DNA from: Flectonema sp. DT1601
Taxonomy: Eukaryota
Length of the DNA: 64,000 bases
NCBI GenBank assembly: GCA_964019425.1
Contig: OZ025786.1
Coordinates: forward strand, 1,364,001-1,428,000
Reading direction: 5' to 3'
Part shown: one piece after another, positions 22,352 through 33,359 of the stretch
Numbering within the stretch: the stretch's first letter is position 1
Layout of the letters: each line of letters begins with the position of its first letter
Position numbers and translations under genes: made by a program
Notes under the pieces: generated by a model
Seen by the model: only the letters and a program-made list of their open reading frames with translations
The model's database searches: none
What the model was told of the DNA's origin: nothing

Positions 22352-23797
22352 ATGTATCAAGAAACATTAACACTTTCTAACATGGAGAGAGAAGTAGAAG
22401 AGGCAATTACTGAGTCACATCAAACAATAGTAGATACGGATCAAATTGTGTCTGCTTCTAAGGAACAGATGCAGGGATTAGTATTATCACCGTTGATGAG
22501 TAATAAAGGCGGTAACAAGTCCCCTAGTAACAGATCGTTCGAGGCATTTGTTTGTGTAGACATCAACGGTAGCAGAACTATAATCACTGCTTCAGTTAAA
22601 GAATATATTAGTTGTTTAACGACCTTTAGACAGGAATTAGAAAAAATCTTAAAGAAAGAAAATCCTGATTTTCCTGGTCTTGATACAGCAACATATTGGG
22701 ATCCCATTGTCAGAAAATGGCTTGTATTGGAAGAGGGAGTGATGTTGCCACATAAAGTTCAAATATTTTGTACTCCACGTGACAGAGTCGTTGATGATGA
22801 AGTGAATCTTTCTTCTAAGTTGAGTTTGGGTACACCACTACCAAACTTACAAGCGACAAGCACTACTTTGGGTGGGCCGTCAGTTAAATTGGCATCTCCG
22901 ATGTATCGACTTAATGGAATGAGAACAGCCAGCGTATCTGACGAATTGATTTCGACACTTAACACAGCTGAGATGAGAACACCATCGCCAGAGAGTAGGT
23001 TTCGCAATCAAAATCATCATTTAGTTTCACTTACTGACGGATTTGGTTACAGTGAGCTTCACGAACCTGCTGTTGATATCCACCACGAGATTGGACCTGT
23101 TGATGCTCTAACAACAAGTAGCCCTTTAATGAGATCTGAATCACCTGTTTGCGATGAAGATAAAATTCGTATTGAATACTACTTGTCAGTGATTGAAAGA
23201 CAGAGGAGTCATATCCTTGACTTAGAGGGTACAGTTAGAGATTTAAAAAATAAAAATCAATTGTTGACTGTCGGTAACAAAACGACTGATATAAGTAGTC
23301 CATTGGCGACAATCAGTTTAAGTGATCAGAAAACACCGGAAATACTGAAACAGGCGTCTCCAATCCAGGCGATTCCAGCAACTCCCGTTGTGAAGCCAGA
23401 GCTTGTTCCAAAACCATTATATTGCAGGTTACGCATTCAGAACACTCGCAATGTCAGTAGCGTTGTTCCATTCTTATATAAGAAAAGAGTATTGACAATT
23501 GAGAATTGGAGTAATGTGGTTCCTAAAATTATTATGAATTATACAAAAGATGGTCTTCTCCATCCCCTTGAAACAATTACTCCTATCCGCTTCGCGACAT
23601 TCACCAGTGACAGAATGTCAGTGAATTGTTCTTTTTTGATCTCTACAAGTGTGAGTACCCGTGTATTTATTGCTGATGATGTTTCAGTATTTGGTAGCTG
23701 GTTGGATTGGGCGACGTCTGCAGAAAACATTAGTAGTATACCATGTAGTGGTATTCTTCCCTCACCTGAAGTAGGATATGTCCCATCACCTCATTGA
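22352..23797 (+). CDS. Hypothetical protein (481 aa) with a short coiled coil and a possible C-terminal PH-like domain
   Basis: Long ATG ORF after an A-rich leader; RVFIADD...SWLDW resembles a PH C-terminal helix (weak). Confidence 0.75.
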   Translation: MYQETLTLSNMEREVEEAITESHQTIVDTDQIVSASKEQMQGLVLSPLMSNKGGNKSPSNRSFEAFVCVDINGSRTIITASVKEYISCLTTFRQELEKILKKENPDFPGLDTATYWDPIVRKWLVLEEGVMLPHKVQIFCTPRDRVVDDEVNLSSKLSLGTPLPNLQATSTTLGGPSVKLASPMYRLNGMRTASVSDELISTLNTAEMRTPSPESRFRNQNHHLVSLTDGFGYSELHEPAVDIHHEIGPVDALTTSSPLMRSESPVCDEDKIRIEYYLSVIERQRSHILDLEGTVRDLKNKNQLLTVGNKTTDISSPLATISLSDQKTPEILKQASPIQAIPATPVVKPELVPKPLYCRLRIQNTRNVSSVVPFLYKKRVLTIENWSNVVPKIIMNYTKDGLLHPLETITPIRFATFTSDRMSVNCSFLISTSVSTRVFIADDVSVFGSWLDWATSAENISSIPCSGILPSPEVGYVPSPH

Positions 23798-24145
23798 GTG
23801 TGTGCTAACAATTTCCAACTCGAAAGAAAAAAAAAAAAAAAAAAAAAAAAAGTCGTATTTTGAAAAAAGGTAAAGAACACAGATTATTAAACAATAACGA
23901 AGATGAATTAATGATGTCCTTTTTGTGATTCGATTCGATTGTGTGCTCTGTTGTATCTCGCCTTTTGTATTCCAACATAATTTTCAAAATAATGATTTTA
24001 TTGTTTTATTTTATTGTATAAGTTATGTGACTGGTTGTGTCTTGTCTCCACAAAAAAAATAAGCTGTTTCTCAAACTGTTATTGTTTTTTTAAGGAGGGT
24101 GGGGGTAAGGGGAAGAGGAGGGAAAAAAAAAACAATAATAAAAAA

Positions 24146-25924
24146 ATGAAAACCGCTCATGTGAATAACACCAATGACGGAAACAACATAAGCGCCTGGG
24201 TACTGGCTGATCGTGCTTTGCAGAAGGAATCTGCTGATAGAGAAGGGCTTCGTGTCTCATCAGCTTTGAAGAATTGGCCGCCATATGGAGCAGTATTAAA
24301 TAGAGATAATACAGGTGCAAGGAATAGACTTTACTCTCGATTGCAGAGCCCATCATCAATCGGTTCTAGTGTTAACACTTTTGTTAGAAATTCTGTTCGG
24401 AATGATTCGTACATTTCTTTATCATCGATTTACAGTAGTCAATCATCACGTCAAAGTACCACTATCACTCCACCTAATACCCCAGATGCAGGATGGATCA
24501 CGACAGTGTTAGCAGACTGGCTTACTATTTTATATGAAGAAGTTCAATCACCTCTGGAACCCTTACTCGGTTGCGTTAGAACTTTAGTTTTTGAAGACAC
24601 TGAATTGGAAGACGTCTCTGAGAGGAAATATTACAACACATTGAAACTTCCGATCTTGGCAGAAAAATTAGCGATTGTCGTACAGGAAGAGTTACCTCAA
24701 CAAGTAGCTTCTCAATATGATGATATCTTAAAGAGATTATCTGATTATTATGAACCCTGGAATCCTCTTCGTAGATTCCTCTGTGATAGTTGGATGTGGA
24801 TTTGGTATGGAGTACCCGAAACTATTGTTCCACTGGCACTTGAATGCTTTGTGGAACAAGCCAGTCCATGCTGCGCTGCAGCTTCATCAGCAACAGCAAT
24901 AAATATGCTCTTAAAAAGACCCAGACAGTCTTACACTGATTGTAAAAAAGGTGATTCCAATTCCTTAATAGGAAGCTATACTGGAACTGGCAGGTCCACA
25001 GCAGGAGCTTTTAAAGCAGGTGATGCCATTGCTGTAATGGATCGGGACTTGGTTGATTCAATTGGAAAATTAATAAACACATTATATCTTGATGTTCCTT
25101 GTAATATTGCTGAACATATTTGTAATAGGATAGCACGCGACATGTCTCCACCTTCAGGTTCTTTGTATTTTCCACCACCCACCACTAAAGAACAACAGCA
25201 GACTGTACTGGAAGCAATTAAACAATCTCTTATTGATTTGGGTACTAAGGATTCTGAGCTGTTTTCTCAACTAAAATATGGATGTCCAAGACCGAAGTGT
25301 AAACTAGTAATGAGGAATCTCTATGTTCTTATAAGTAATATGTGGGGGTTGGCAAAATTACGATGTAAGAAACCATCGACTGCAAGATTCGGTTCATGGG
25401 GAGTAGTCATGGCAATAGAAAAACTAACATCAGCACACTCTCTCGGTATTAGCGTGAGTCTTCAGATACTGTCGGAGTATAGCTGGGCTGATTTTAAAAA
25501 AATGGTTTTACGACCACATGTTTCTGTGGTACTACACCTTCCAAACCACTACGCCACTGTTTATGGTTTTAGAGACGAAGAAATACTAACTGCTCGGAAA
25601 GGTCAGCCTCCCACGGATTGGATCTCGTGGGAGGAATTGCTACTGGTTCAGAATCGTAATAAAGAAGGCAGTATGATAGTTGCTTATCTAACAACGAATC
25701 CACCTCCTTTAAAGGCATCAATGAAGTCTATTGCTGCCGCCAGAGCTATAAAACAGTCAGCTGCCGCAGACGCATCCACGGAGTCATCGTCATCCGGGAG
25801 TAAATCAACGAAACAACCAAATTCAACTTTGGGATCACGCAGATTAAAAAAAACCAGCTGCTACTACAACAAAAGCACCCGTAAGAACTTGTCCTGTTGT
25901 TATGCTGGGAAGAAGAAAAGATGA
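24146..25924 (+). CDS. Hypothetical protein with a possible papain-like (C39/BIVM-like) fold
   Basis: EQASPCCAAAS (Q-x3-C) and LHLPNHYATVYG...ILTAR motifs; first ATG at 24146. Confidence 0.7.
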   Translation: MKTAHVNNTNDGNNISAWVLADRALQKESADREGLRVSSALKNWPPYGAVLNRDNTGARNRLYSRLQSPSSIGSSVNTFVRNSVRNDSYISLSSIYSSQSSRQSTTITPPNTPDAGWITTVLADWLTILYEEVQSPLEPLLGCVRTLVFEDTELEDVSERKYYNTLKLPILAEKLAIVVQEELPQQVASQYDDILKRLSDYYEPWNPLRRFLCDSWMWIWYGVPETIVPLALECFVEQASPCCAAASSATAINMLLKRPRQSYTDCKKGDSNSLIGSYTGTGRSTAGAFKAGDAIAVMDRDLVDSIGKLINTLYLDVPCNIAEHICNRIARDMSPPSGSLYFPPPTTKEQQQTVLEAIKQSLIDLGTKDSELFSQLKYGCPRPKCKLVMRNLYVLISNMWGLAKLRCKKPSTARFGSWGVVMAIEKLTSAHSLGISVSLQILSEYSWADFKKMVLRPHVSVVLHLPNHYATVYGFRDEEILTARKGQPPTDWISWEELLLVQNRNKEGSMIVAYLTTNPPPLKASMKSIAAARAIKQSAAADASTESSSSGSKSTKQPNSTLGSRRLKKTSCYYNKSTRKNLSCCYAGKKKR

Positions 25925-27056
25925 TAAACAAATATCAAATGGTGGTTAAAAGTTTTTTATTTATTAAATGAGATAATCTATTTCTTGGGTTACTTTTTTA
26001 CAAATTTACCCGGTAGTGTCAGATCCTCTTGTTACCCTCTTCACACTTTTTTTTTTGTTTTGTTTTGTGCTTTATATGATAAGGGCATCGTTCTAACCCG
26101 CCCCCCCGCTAAAGAGGCACAGTGACATGAGGGAAATTAAGAAAATAATAGGGGGTAAAAAAAAAGTTGGATAGATCACACTCAAATGTTTGATTGAAGA
26201 GCATCGCTAGGGCTCACGGTATCTTTAGGTAGTATGTAAGAAATATTTTTCGTTGTTTTTTGTTTTTTTTGTTTTTTTTTACAATTGACTACACACAACT
26301 TCCTGGTGAGGTATTTTTTTTTTTTTTTTTTCTTCTTTTTTTTTATACTTCCATGTCCGCTTTTTTCTCAAAAAAAAAAAATCCGCGAAATATTACTTTC
26401 TCTTTTTTTTTTCTCTTCTCCTTATAGGAGAAGACATGGTAGCACCTCTACAAAGCAGCCCATATTTTAAGATACTTTTTTTTTGTTTTTTGAATTCAAT
26501 TACCTCACTGTGAAGATTAGGTTCTGAAACCTGACTCGCAAGGAGAGCTCAATTTTGTATTTTTTAATATGATCTGTTGTTCTATGTTGCTTTAATATCG
26601 GAAGATTGGGTGCTCTGTGTCTGTGTGAGTTCTCTTCTGAAGTACCCATACAATGCAGCAACGTTTGGATTAAATAACTGTCCTCTTTTTTTCTTGTGTT
26701 GCCACAAGCGTGAATAGTGTTGGTTGGTCTCTTTTCACTGCAAGTAAGGTTTGGCCGAACCCTACATTTCGAGTTTCGAGTTGCTTTATATTTAATCATA
26801 GTATAAAGTTACCTCTCCTCCTCCATTTTTTTTTTTTTTTTTTTTCCTGTGAGAACATAAATCTCGGAAATTAAAAAAAAAAAACAAAGAGGAGGAAAAA
26901 TAGGAAAAAAAAAAAAAAAAAAAAAAAAACTGTCTTAGGGCTTTCAACTTTCGGGTTGGAGCAATAAGAAATATTAGTTTTTTCGAAACAACTTTTTCTT
27001 GTCAACTTGCTAATCAATTGTGTCGTATAGAACCAAACATATGCACCAAACATCTA

Positions 27057-27083
27057 TTCTCTCTCTCTCTCTCTCTCTCTCTC
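27057..27083. repeat. (CT)n microsatellite
   Basis: Direct reading. Confidence 0.9.
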
Positions 27084-27475
27084 CCAGATCTCGAAGACGC
27101 GTTTTATGATTGAAAGAGAACTTGTGTCGCAGTGACGTAAACAGCCTTTACTTGAGAGGTGTGTTTCCGGTTCGTGGTACAAACAACTTTTACTGGCTTT
27201 GTTTGGCAGACACATTTGATAGCTGTTATTGATAATGCTCACCAGAAATGCAAAAAAGAAAAAAAAAGAAAAAACTGAGCCTTAGATAATTTTCTTAACA
27301 TACATAGTTTCTTCTGTCTTCTTTTATGTCAATCTTATCTTATCTTTTGTGTTTTTTTTTTTTTAATCTGGTTTTTTATCCTATTTCTTTTGTCTGTGTG
27401 TTTAATTCAGGGGGGTCTATCGACCGTAATAACTCTACTTTATTACAGCTGGGCAGCACTAGTACACTTTTGTAA

Positions 27476-27506
<31 letters not shown>

Positions 27507-27511
27507 ATCAA

Positions 27512-28960
27512 ATGTCGATGAGGAAAAAGCCTGAGAAGACTGCGCTGTGCCCGACAGCCATTACATGCCATTGCTACAACGCAGATAAGACGAGAGTAGC
27601 ACTGTGTGCAAGTACTCCTGATATTTTTATTTACGAAGTGGAAGGATCGGATTCCACAAAATGGAAGCTACTTGAGACCCTTACTGCGGTATGTTATGAT
27701 ATCTTTATGTATCACTGCCTTTATTACTATTGACAACACACTATAATACCAACAGCATGATATGAATGTCCTCAGCATTGATTGGGGTCCAAAGAAAGAC
27801 AGAATTGTCAGCTGCAGTGAAGATCGCACAGCATACGTCTGGGAGAAGAAAGATGGAAAATGGGATCAAGCTCTTGTCGTGTTAGGTCCAAACTGTACTT
27901 ACGGAGGATTAGATGTGAAATGGTCACCAAGTGAAGAAAAATTCGTTGTTGGAACCGGAAGCAGTCAAGCCCACGTTTGCTACTACGACTCTGGAAATGA
28001 CTGGTGGCTTTCAAAGGGAGCAAAGGGACACACCAGTTCCTGCATTACCAGCGCATGGATGCCTGGAGGTGATTTAGTTATGGCGACTGGCTCAACCGAT
28101 AGCAGAGTTATCATAACATCTGGTTACATTAGAACTGTTGATGGTAAATGTCCTAACCCTGGTAAGGTTGGAACTAAACTCGGAACAGTACAACTTGGTG
28201 GATGGGTTCACTGTGTAACCTTTAGGTGTGTTACTTTACTATTATTTACTGTACGTTACACATTAAGACACGAAGTGTCTTATTTATCTTAGTACCATCT
28301 AAAACTATCATTTGTTTTGTGTCCCTACGATTTATTGATTGAGAGTATTTCTTAACAACAAAAAAAAAAAACAGTCCGAATGGAGATGTACTTTGCGCAG
28401 TTACTCACGATTCAGCAATTTCGTTTATCGACACTTCTGACACGACTTACAAAAAGATTCAAAATATCTACCTCAAGACTCTACCTTTTAATAGCTGTAT
28501 CTTTTTAGACGATGCGACATGTGTAGCAGGTGGAAATGATTTTTATCCAGTCTGCTTTAAATATGACGGTAAAGAATGGAAGATGGTGGTATGTGTTACT
28601 CCTATTAAGACCTTACTTGATATTTAATGAGATTAACATCACATCCAATACAGGGAAAATGGATTGAAGGAAGCAAGCAATTAGAGAAAACTACTTCAGC
28701 GACATCACGTGCAATGGCAATGTTTCAGGATCAGGCGAAATTTGGCAACTCGCAAGTATGGTATTATGTTTCTAGGAACTGCTCTATCAACTACTAATAA
28801 CAATCAAAATAAAATCACACAGGGAGGAAGTAAAGCAACAAAGACTAAACATCAGTCAGCAATCATGAGTATTCAGAGAATAAAATCTGACACCTTCTCT
28901 ACTTCTGGAGCAGATGGTCAGTTAAACATATGGAAGCTTGCAGACATGAAGAGTGAGTAG
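27512..28960 (+). CDS. ARPC1: Arp2/3 complex subunit 1 (WD40); exons 27512-27688, 27756-28225, 28375-28588, 28654-28755, 28823-28960
   Basis: IDWGP..DRIVSCSEDRTAYVW, WSPSEEKFVVG, CYYDSGNDWWLSK, GGWVH, FSTSGADG; four GT-AG introns join the exons in frame. Confidence 0.93.
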
Positions 28961-29937
28961 GATGATACTAAGAAACACTCTCACGTCTAGCCTCAAGCAG
29001 TGTTTCTGATTAACTGTTTCGAGTTACTTAGTGATTGGAATACGATAGAAATGTACGATCGTCTTTGACCAATGGAATAGAGAAACACCTGTTCCGATGA
29101 GTGGTCACATCCTGGGCGACAACAGAGATAATGTTTCATTAGTTGTAAGAGACCGAGTTGGTCAGAAAAAAGGTGTTTTTATAACACGGTTAGCCTTAGC
29201 GTGGGGGTGGGGGTAGGAGGAAGGGAAAAAAAAAAAAATGAAAATTCTCGACCAATAGTGTGACCATTGCGTTGCACCTGTGGACTGGAGGGGAAGTCTT
29301 TATGTTATATTTCTCAATTTTTTTTGTTTTTGTTTTTGTTTGTTTGCTTCGCTTGTACCTACGCATGAAATGTTCTTTCACAGAAGTGTGTGATCGTTGT
29401 GTATTAGCATTGACCGTCCCTGAATTGGTATGGTCTATTGGTGGGGGAAGAATGTTTACTGTCCGGAAAAAAAAAAAAAAAAAAAAAAAAATAAGGAGAA
29501 ACCAAGAAACTGAAAATTAACAAACAACGAGAAGAATAAGGAAAAAAATAAAAAAATAAAAAAAGGAAGGAAAAAAAAACAAAACAAAAAAAGAAAACCA
29601 ATTTTTGGATTAAGGTGGTCGCTGGGTGAAAATTCGTACTCGTGTGAATTGAAAATGCAAAACTATTTTCTTCTGTTTTTTTTTTTTTTTTTTTTTTTTT
29701 TTTTCTATGTCCTCGCCGTTCCCAACCTCTCCCCTCCCTTCTCGCCTCGTCGTTCGTAAGTAATACCCACCGTCGACATCGTTTGGTATTGCATTGGGTG
29801 ATTATATTTAACAAACACTGGCATTATTTACATTCTCACAAGACAATCAAATGAAGTGATCACTCTTTTTCACTTTCTCTCTTCGTGTATTCTCAAATTG
29901 ACTTTACTTAACAATGTAAAGAATACCAACAAAAACA

Positions 29938-30783
29938 ATGAATGACATCCGATGGTTAATTAATTTTGATAAATGGAATCCATCGGAATCTGAATGGGAA
30001 TCTCTTCTCAACGAAGTTGGTGAAGAAGAAGCAACACGAATTCGTAGATTTAACAGAGGAAGAGGAATTGTCGGAAGAGTAAATCCCGATGCGAAAAGCA
30101 GTCTTCTCGGAAGACTGATGATATCGTCGATGATGAAACAATGTAATATTTTAGGGTCATTAAAACGAACAAAAGAAGGAAAACCTTTCATCGAATACGA
30201 CGATAAAACAAAACGATCACCCTTAAACTTTAACATCTCACACGCGGGTAAATACGTCTCTTTCGTGATGACTACTTCAGCTCTCATCGGAGTTGATGTT
30301 ATGGAACTCCAATTGGTACCTAAAAAAGACCTAACCCAATATAATATATCAGAATTCTTCGACTCTATGGATGATTGTTTCACCGTATCGGAATGGAGCT
30401 TCGTAAGGAGTGGTGATACTCTCGAAGAACAGCTACTTAATTTTTATACTTTGTGGACTTTGAAAGAATCGTATATTAAGGCTGTTGGTATTGGTCTTGG
30501 TCTTTCCCTTAAGAGAATTGAATTTACGACGTCTCCGTGGGATGCTGAGACTGCAACAGCAACTGTTCTTATTGACGGGAAACCTTCTCAGTCACTTTGG
30601 AATTTCAGTTTAAGAAAATTTGATAATCACGTTGTCGCTTTAGCAACGACACCTAACTTTGATGAATCGATTTCTTCTTTGAGAGATGTATTACCGACTG
30701 ATACGTTGGGCATCCCAAGTGAAGCAGCAGCCGTTACATCTTTACCTTTCACATTTATATCAGTTTCCGATCTAGGTGAGTAG
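29938..30783 (+). CDS. AASDHPPT: Sfp-type 4'-phosphopantetheinyl transferase (AASDHPPT/Lys5-like)
   Basis: GKP, FNISHAG, GVDVM and WTLKESYIKAVG motifs. Confidence 0.92.
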   Translation: MNDIRWLINFDKWNPSESEWESLLNEVGEEEATRIRRFNRGRGIVGRVNPDAKSSLLGRLMISSMMKQCNILGSLKRTKEGKPFIEYDDKTKRSPLNFNISHAGKYVSFVMTTSALIGVDVMELQLVPKKDLTQYNISEFFDSMDDCFTVSEWSFVRSGDTLEEQLLNFYTLWTLKESYIKAVGIGLGLSLKRIEFTTSPWDAETATATVLIDGKPSQSLWNFSLRKFDNHVVALATTPNFDESISSLRDVLPTDTLGIPSEAAAVTSLPFTFISVSDLGE

Positions 30784-31062
30784 ATCTTAATTACCCCGAT
30801 GCGTTTTTTATTTTCTTTTTTTTTTTTGTTATAAACTAATGTTCTTTATACTTTATTACCACAGGTTATGTTATGTCGGTTGTTAGTTTGCATCAGTTGT
30901 TGAATTTATGATTTTTTTTTTTTTTTTTAAAAATTAATTCTTTCTGTTCACAGATTCCGTATTATTGGGGGAAGGGATTTTTTGCTTCTTTCTTCAAAAA
31001 AAAAAAAAAAAAAAAAAAAGAGGAAAAAAAAAAAAAAAAAAAAAGAAAGATAAAATAATAGA

Positions 31063-32241
31063 ATGCCGCTTCCTTCTTCTGCAACGCAGCCGATGGGACC
31101 GACAGGTGGATATACGACGCCGTCATCACCGCCAGCAATGAGAAGGTGGTATGCATCACCTAGTTATGATAGGAAAACATTTGAAGTAAACAGCAGTGGA
31201 ATGGGTACTTCTCCTATGAAAGGATTTGGTCACATTGGTATGATGAACTCACAGCAGCAACAACAACATCAACAGCAGGGTTCAGGCAGTATTCAGGCTT
31301 GGCAAATGAGATGTACTGCAACACCTACAAAGAGATACGAATCTCCTACAACACCAACAGCTGACTACAATCGAGGAAGAAGTAGAATCGGAGCTATTCA
31401 AAAAACGAGAACTCCGTCACCTGTTCATTCTGGTGCATTTCATGAAACCCGACTACCAAGATCAGGTAGCCCTGCAATGCATCCTCCGAAGAGAGTTTTT
31501 TCAACACCACCATCTTATGATAGAGATGAACCTCAACTGTTTCCTTCTCCAGCTTCTCCAAGGCAAAAAACAACTGCTCGACGTCCGTCTATGTTGTGGG
31601 ACGGTTCATCACAATTCATAATTCAACCTCAAGCACATGAAGACAAAGGTAAGTATTGTATCGTATTAGACCTTGACGAGACTATTGTTTACGCAAGAGA
31701 TGGACCAATTAAATGCAGACCTGGATATCGTGAACTCATCGCAGAATTAGGGAAGTACTGTGAAACTGTAGTTTGGACAGCAGGTGAACGATCATACGCA
31801 AAAGAAGTACTAAAACAGATTGATCCAACTTCTTCTGCAATTAGACATTGTATTTATCGTCATCATTTGTGGTTTGATGGAAGACTTGGACAAGTTAAAG
31901 ACCTTCGCCTACTCGGTAGAGAACCAGACCGTGTTTTGTTGGTTGAGAACACTCCAGACTGTCTTCGTAAGAATGCGACTCAGTCTGTGCTTGTTCCAGA
32001 CTTTCGTGGTCATGATCAGCATGGCATTCTAAGACTACTTACAAAGGTTGTTATTGAGTTGGTTAAAACTGGACAACCAGTTGCGCAATACCTCAGATCA
32101 TCTTCTTTAGTGACCCCTCGTGAGGTTAGTACCAATGTCGGCGATACTATTATTTGTCACACAATAGGTGAATCGGATGAAAATTTCTCTCACCGAGCAC
32201 CGAACCCAGACACTCTTCCGTCATACGCTAAGAAATACTAG
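31063..32241 (+). CDS. FCP1/SCP (NIF-domain) HAD phosphatase with a disordered N-terminus
   Basis: VLDLDET, RPG, VWTAG...YA, KDLRLLGR, LLVEN motifs. Confidence 0.92.
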   Translation: MPLPSSATQPMGPTGGYTTPSSPPAMRRWYASPSYDRKTFEVNSSGMGTSPMKGFGHIGMMNSQQQQQHQQQGSGSIQAWQMRCTATPTKRYESPTTPTADYNRGRSRIGAIQKTRTPSPVHSGAFHETRLPRSGSPAMHPPKRVFSTPPSYDRDEPQLFPSPASPRQKTTARRPSMLWDGSSQFIIQPQAHEDKGKYCIVLDLDETIVYARDGPIKCRPGYRELIAELGKYCETVVWTAGERSYAKEVLKQIDPTSSAIRHCIYRHHLWFDGRLGQVKDLRLLGREPDRVLLVENTPDCLRKNATQSVLVPDFRGHDQHGILRLLTKVVIELVKTGQPVAQYLRSSSLVTPREVSTNVGDTIICHTIGESDENFSHRAPNPDTLPSYAKKY

Positions 32242-33359
32242 TGGTGGTTCTATTTTTTTTGTATTATTTTAATTGACCTCTTTTTTTTTTTTTTTGTCTG
32301 TTTTTTTTTTTCCTTCTAATTGTATATTGTTCCATGAATTATCAATTTTTTGTTGATCAAAAAAAAGAAAAAAAAAAAAACAAAAACAAAAATGTATTGT
32401 ATGTTCTTCCGTTTTCCCTCCTAAAGAATTAAGTTTCCCCATTCGCTTCCTCTCTTTGTTACATTGTTCTATTTAAAAAAAAGAAATCTTTTTTTTTAAT
32501 GGGTTTTATTTGTTGCAGTTTCTTTGGATTTTTTAAAACAAAAAAAAAAAAGGAAAAAATCTGCATGCCTTATTCTCACCCTACTTCTTGCTTCTTGCTC
32601 CGTAAGGTTTTTTTTTTTTAAAAAAAAAAATAAATAATTGCCTTTTACAATTAATGGAAAATGAATTAAATAAATCGTCACAACTTTTTCTTTTAAAAAA
32701 CGAAATAATAAAAAAATAAAAAACCCAAGACCTTCGTGTTATGGTTTTTAATAAATACATCATCTTATTCTTTTTTAAAAGTTAAATTTTTTTGTGCGAT
32801 TTCTTTTTTTATTTTATTTTTTATGTATCATCAACTCACTAATGATTTAATAATGTATTGAAAAAAAAAAAAAAAAACAAAACAACAAACCGACCAGATT
32901 TTTATTCAATAAAGGCGATCAAAAAGCAGGAATAAAAAAAAAAGACAAACTGTCCACATATTTGCACCCTATCATGTGGCAAGACGTATTTTCGTTTACA
33001 TTTCTTGTGGTTGTTCATTGGAGGGATATGAAAATATTATTTTCTTCGAAAGCCGCAAAAAAAAAAAAAAAAAAAAAACAATAACATAATATCCGTTCCG
33101 TAGTTGATTTTTCTTCCTTTTGTACTCTCAGTTTCCCTCCCACTCTCCGACATGTACGTGATCGTTTTTATTTATTTACTGTTAATTACAATATTTTATG
33201 CACATCAAATTTCTAAACTTTTGACACAGCTCTCGATTCAATGTAATGGTGGCGATGTTATCTCTGACAATTTCTTTTTTTTGCTTGTTACTAATTTTTT
33301 ATTTTTTTAAATTTATAAAAAAACAAAGGAAGTCTCTTAAGGACTGAACACCAAAACAC

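Noticed and set aside
28961..29170. Box C/D snoRNA candidates downstream of ARPC1 (also considered at 44530-45500)
   Set aside because: No clean RTGATGA...CTGA pair with terminal stem that I can support; no spliced-leader or snRNA signature recognised
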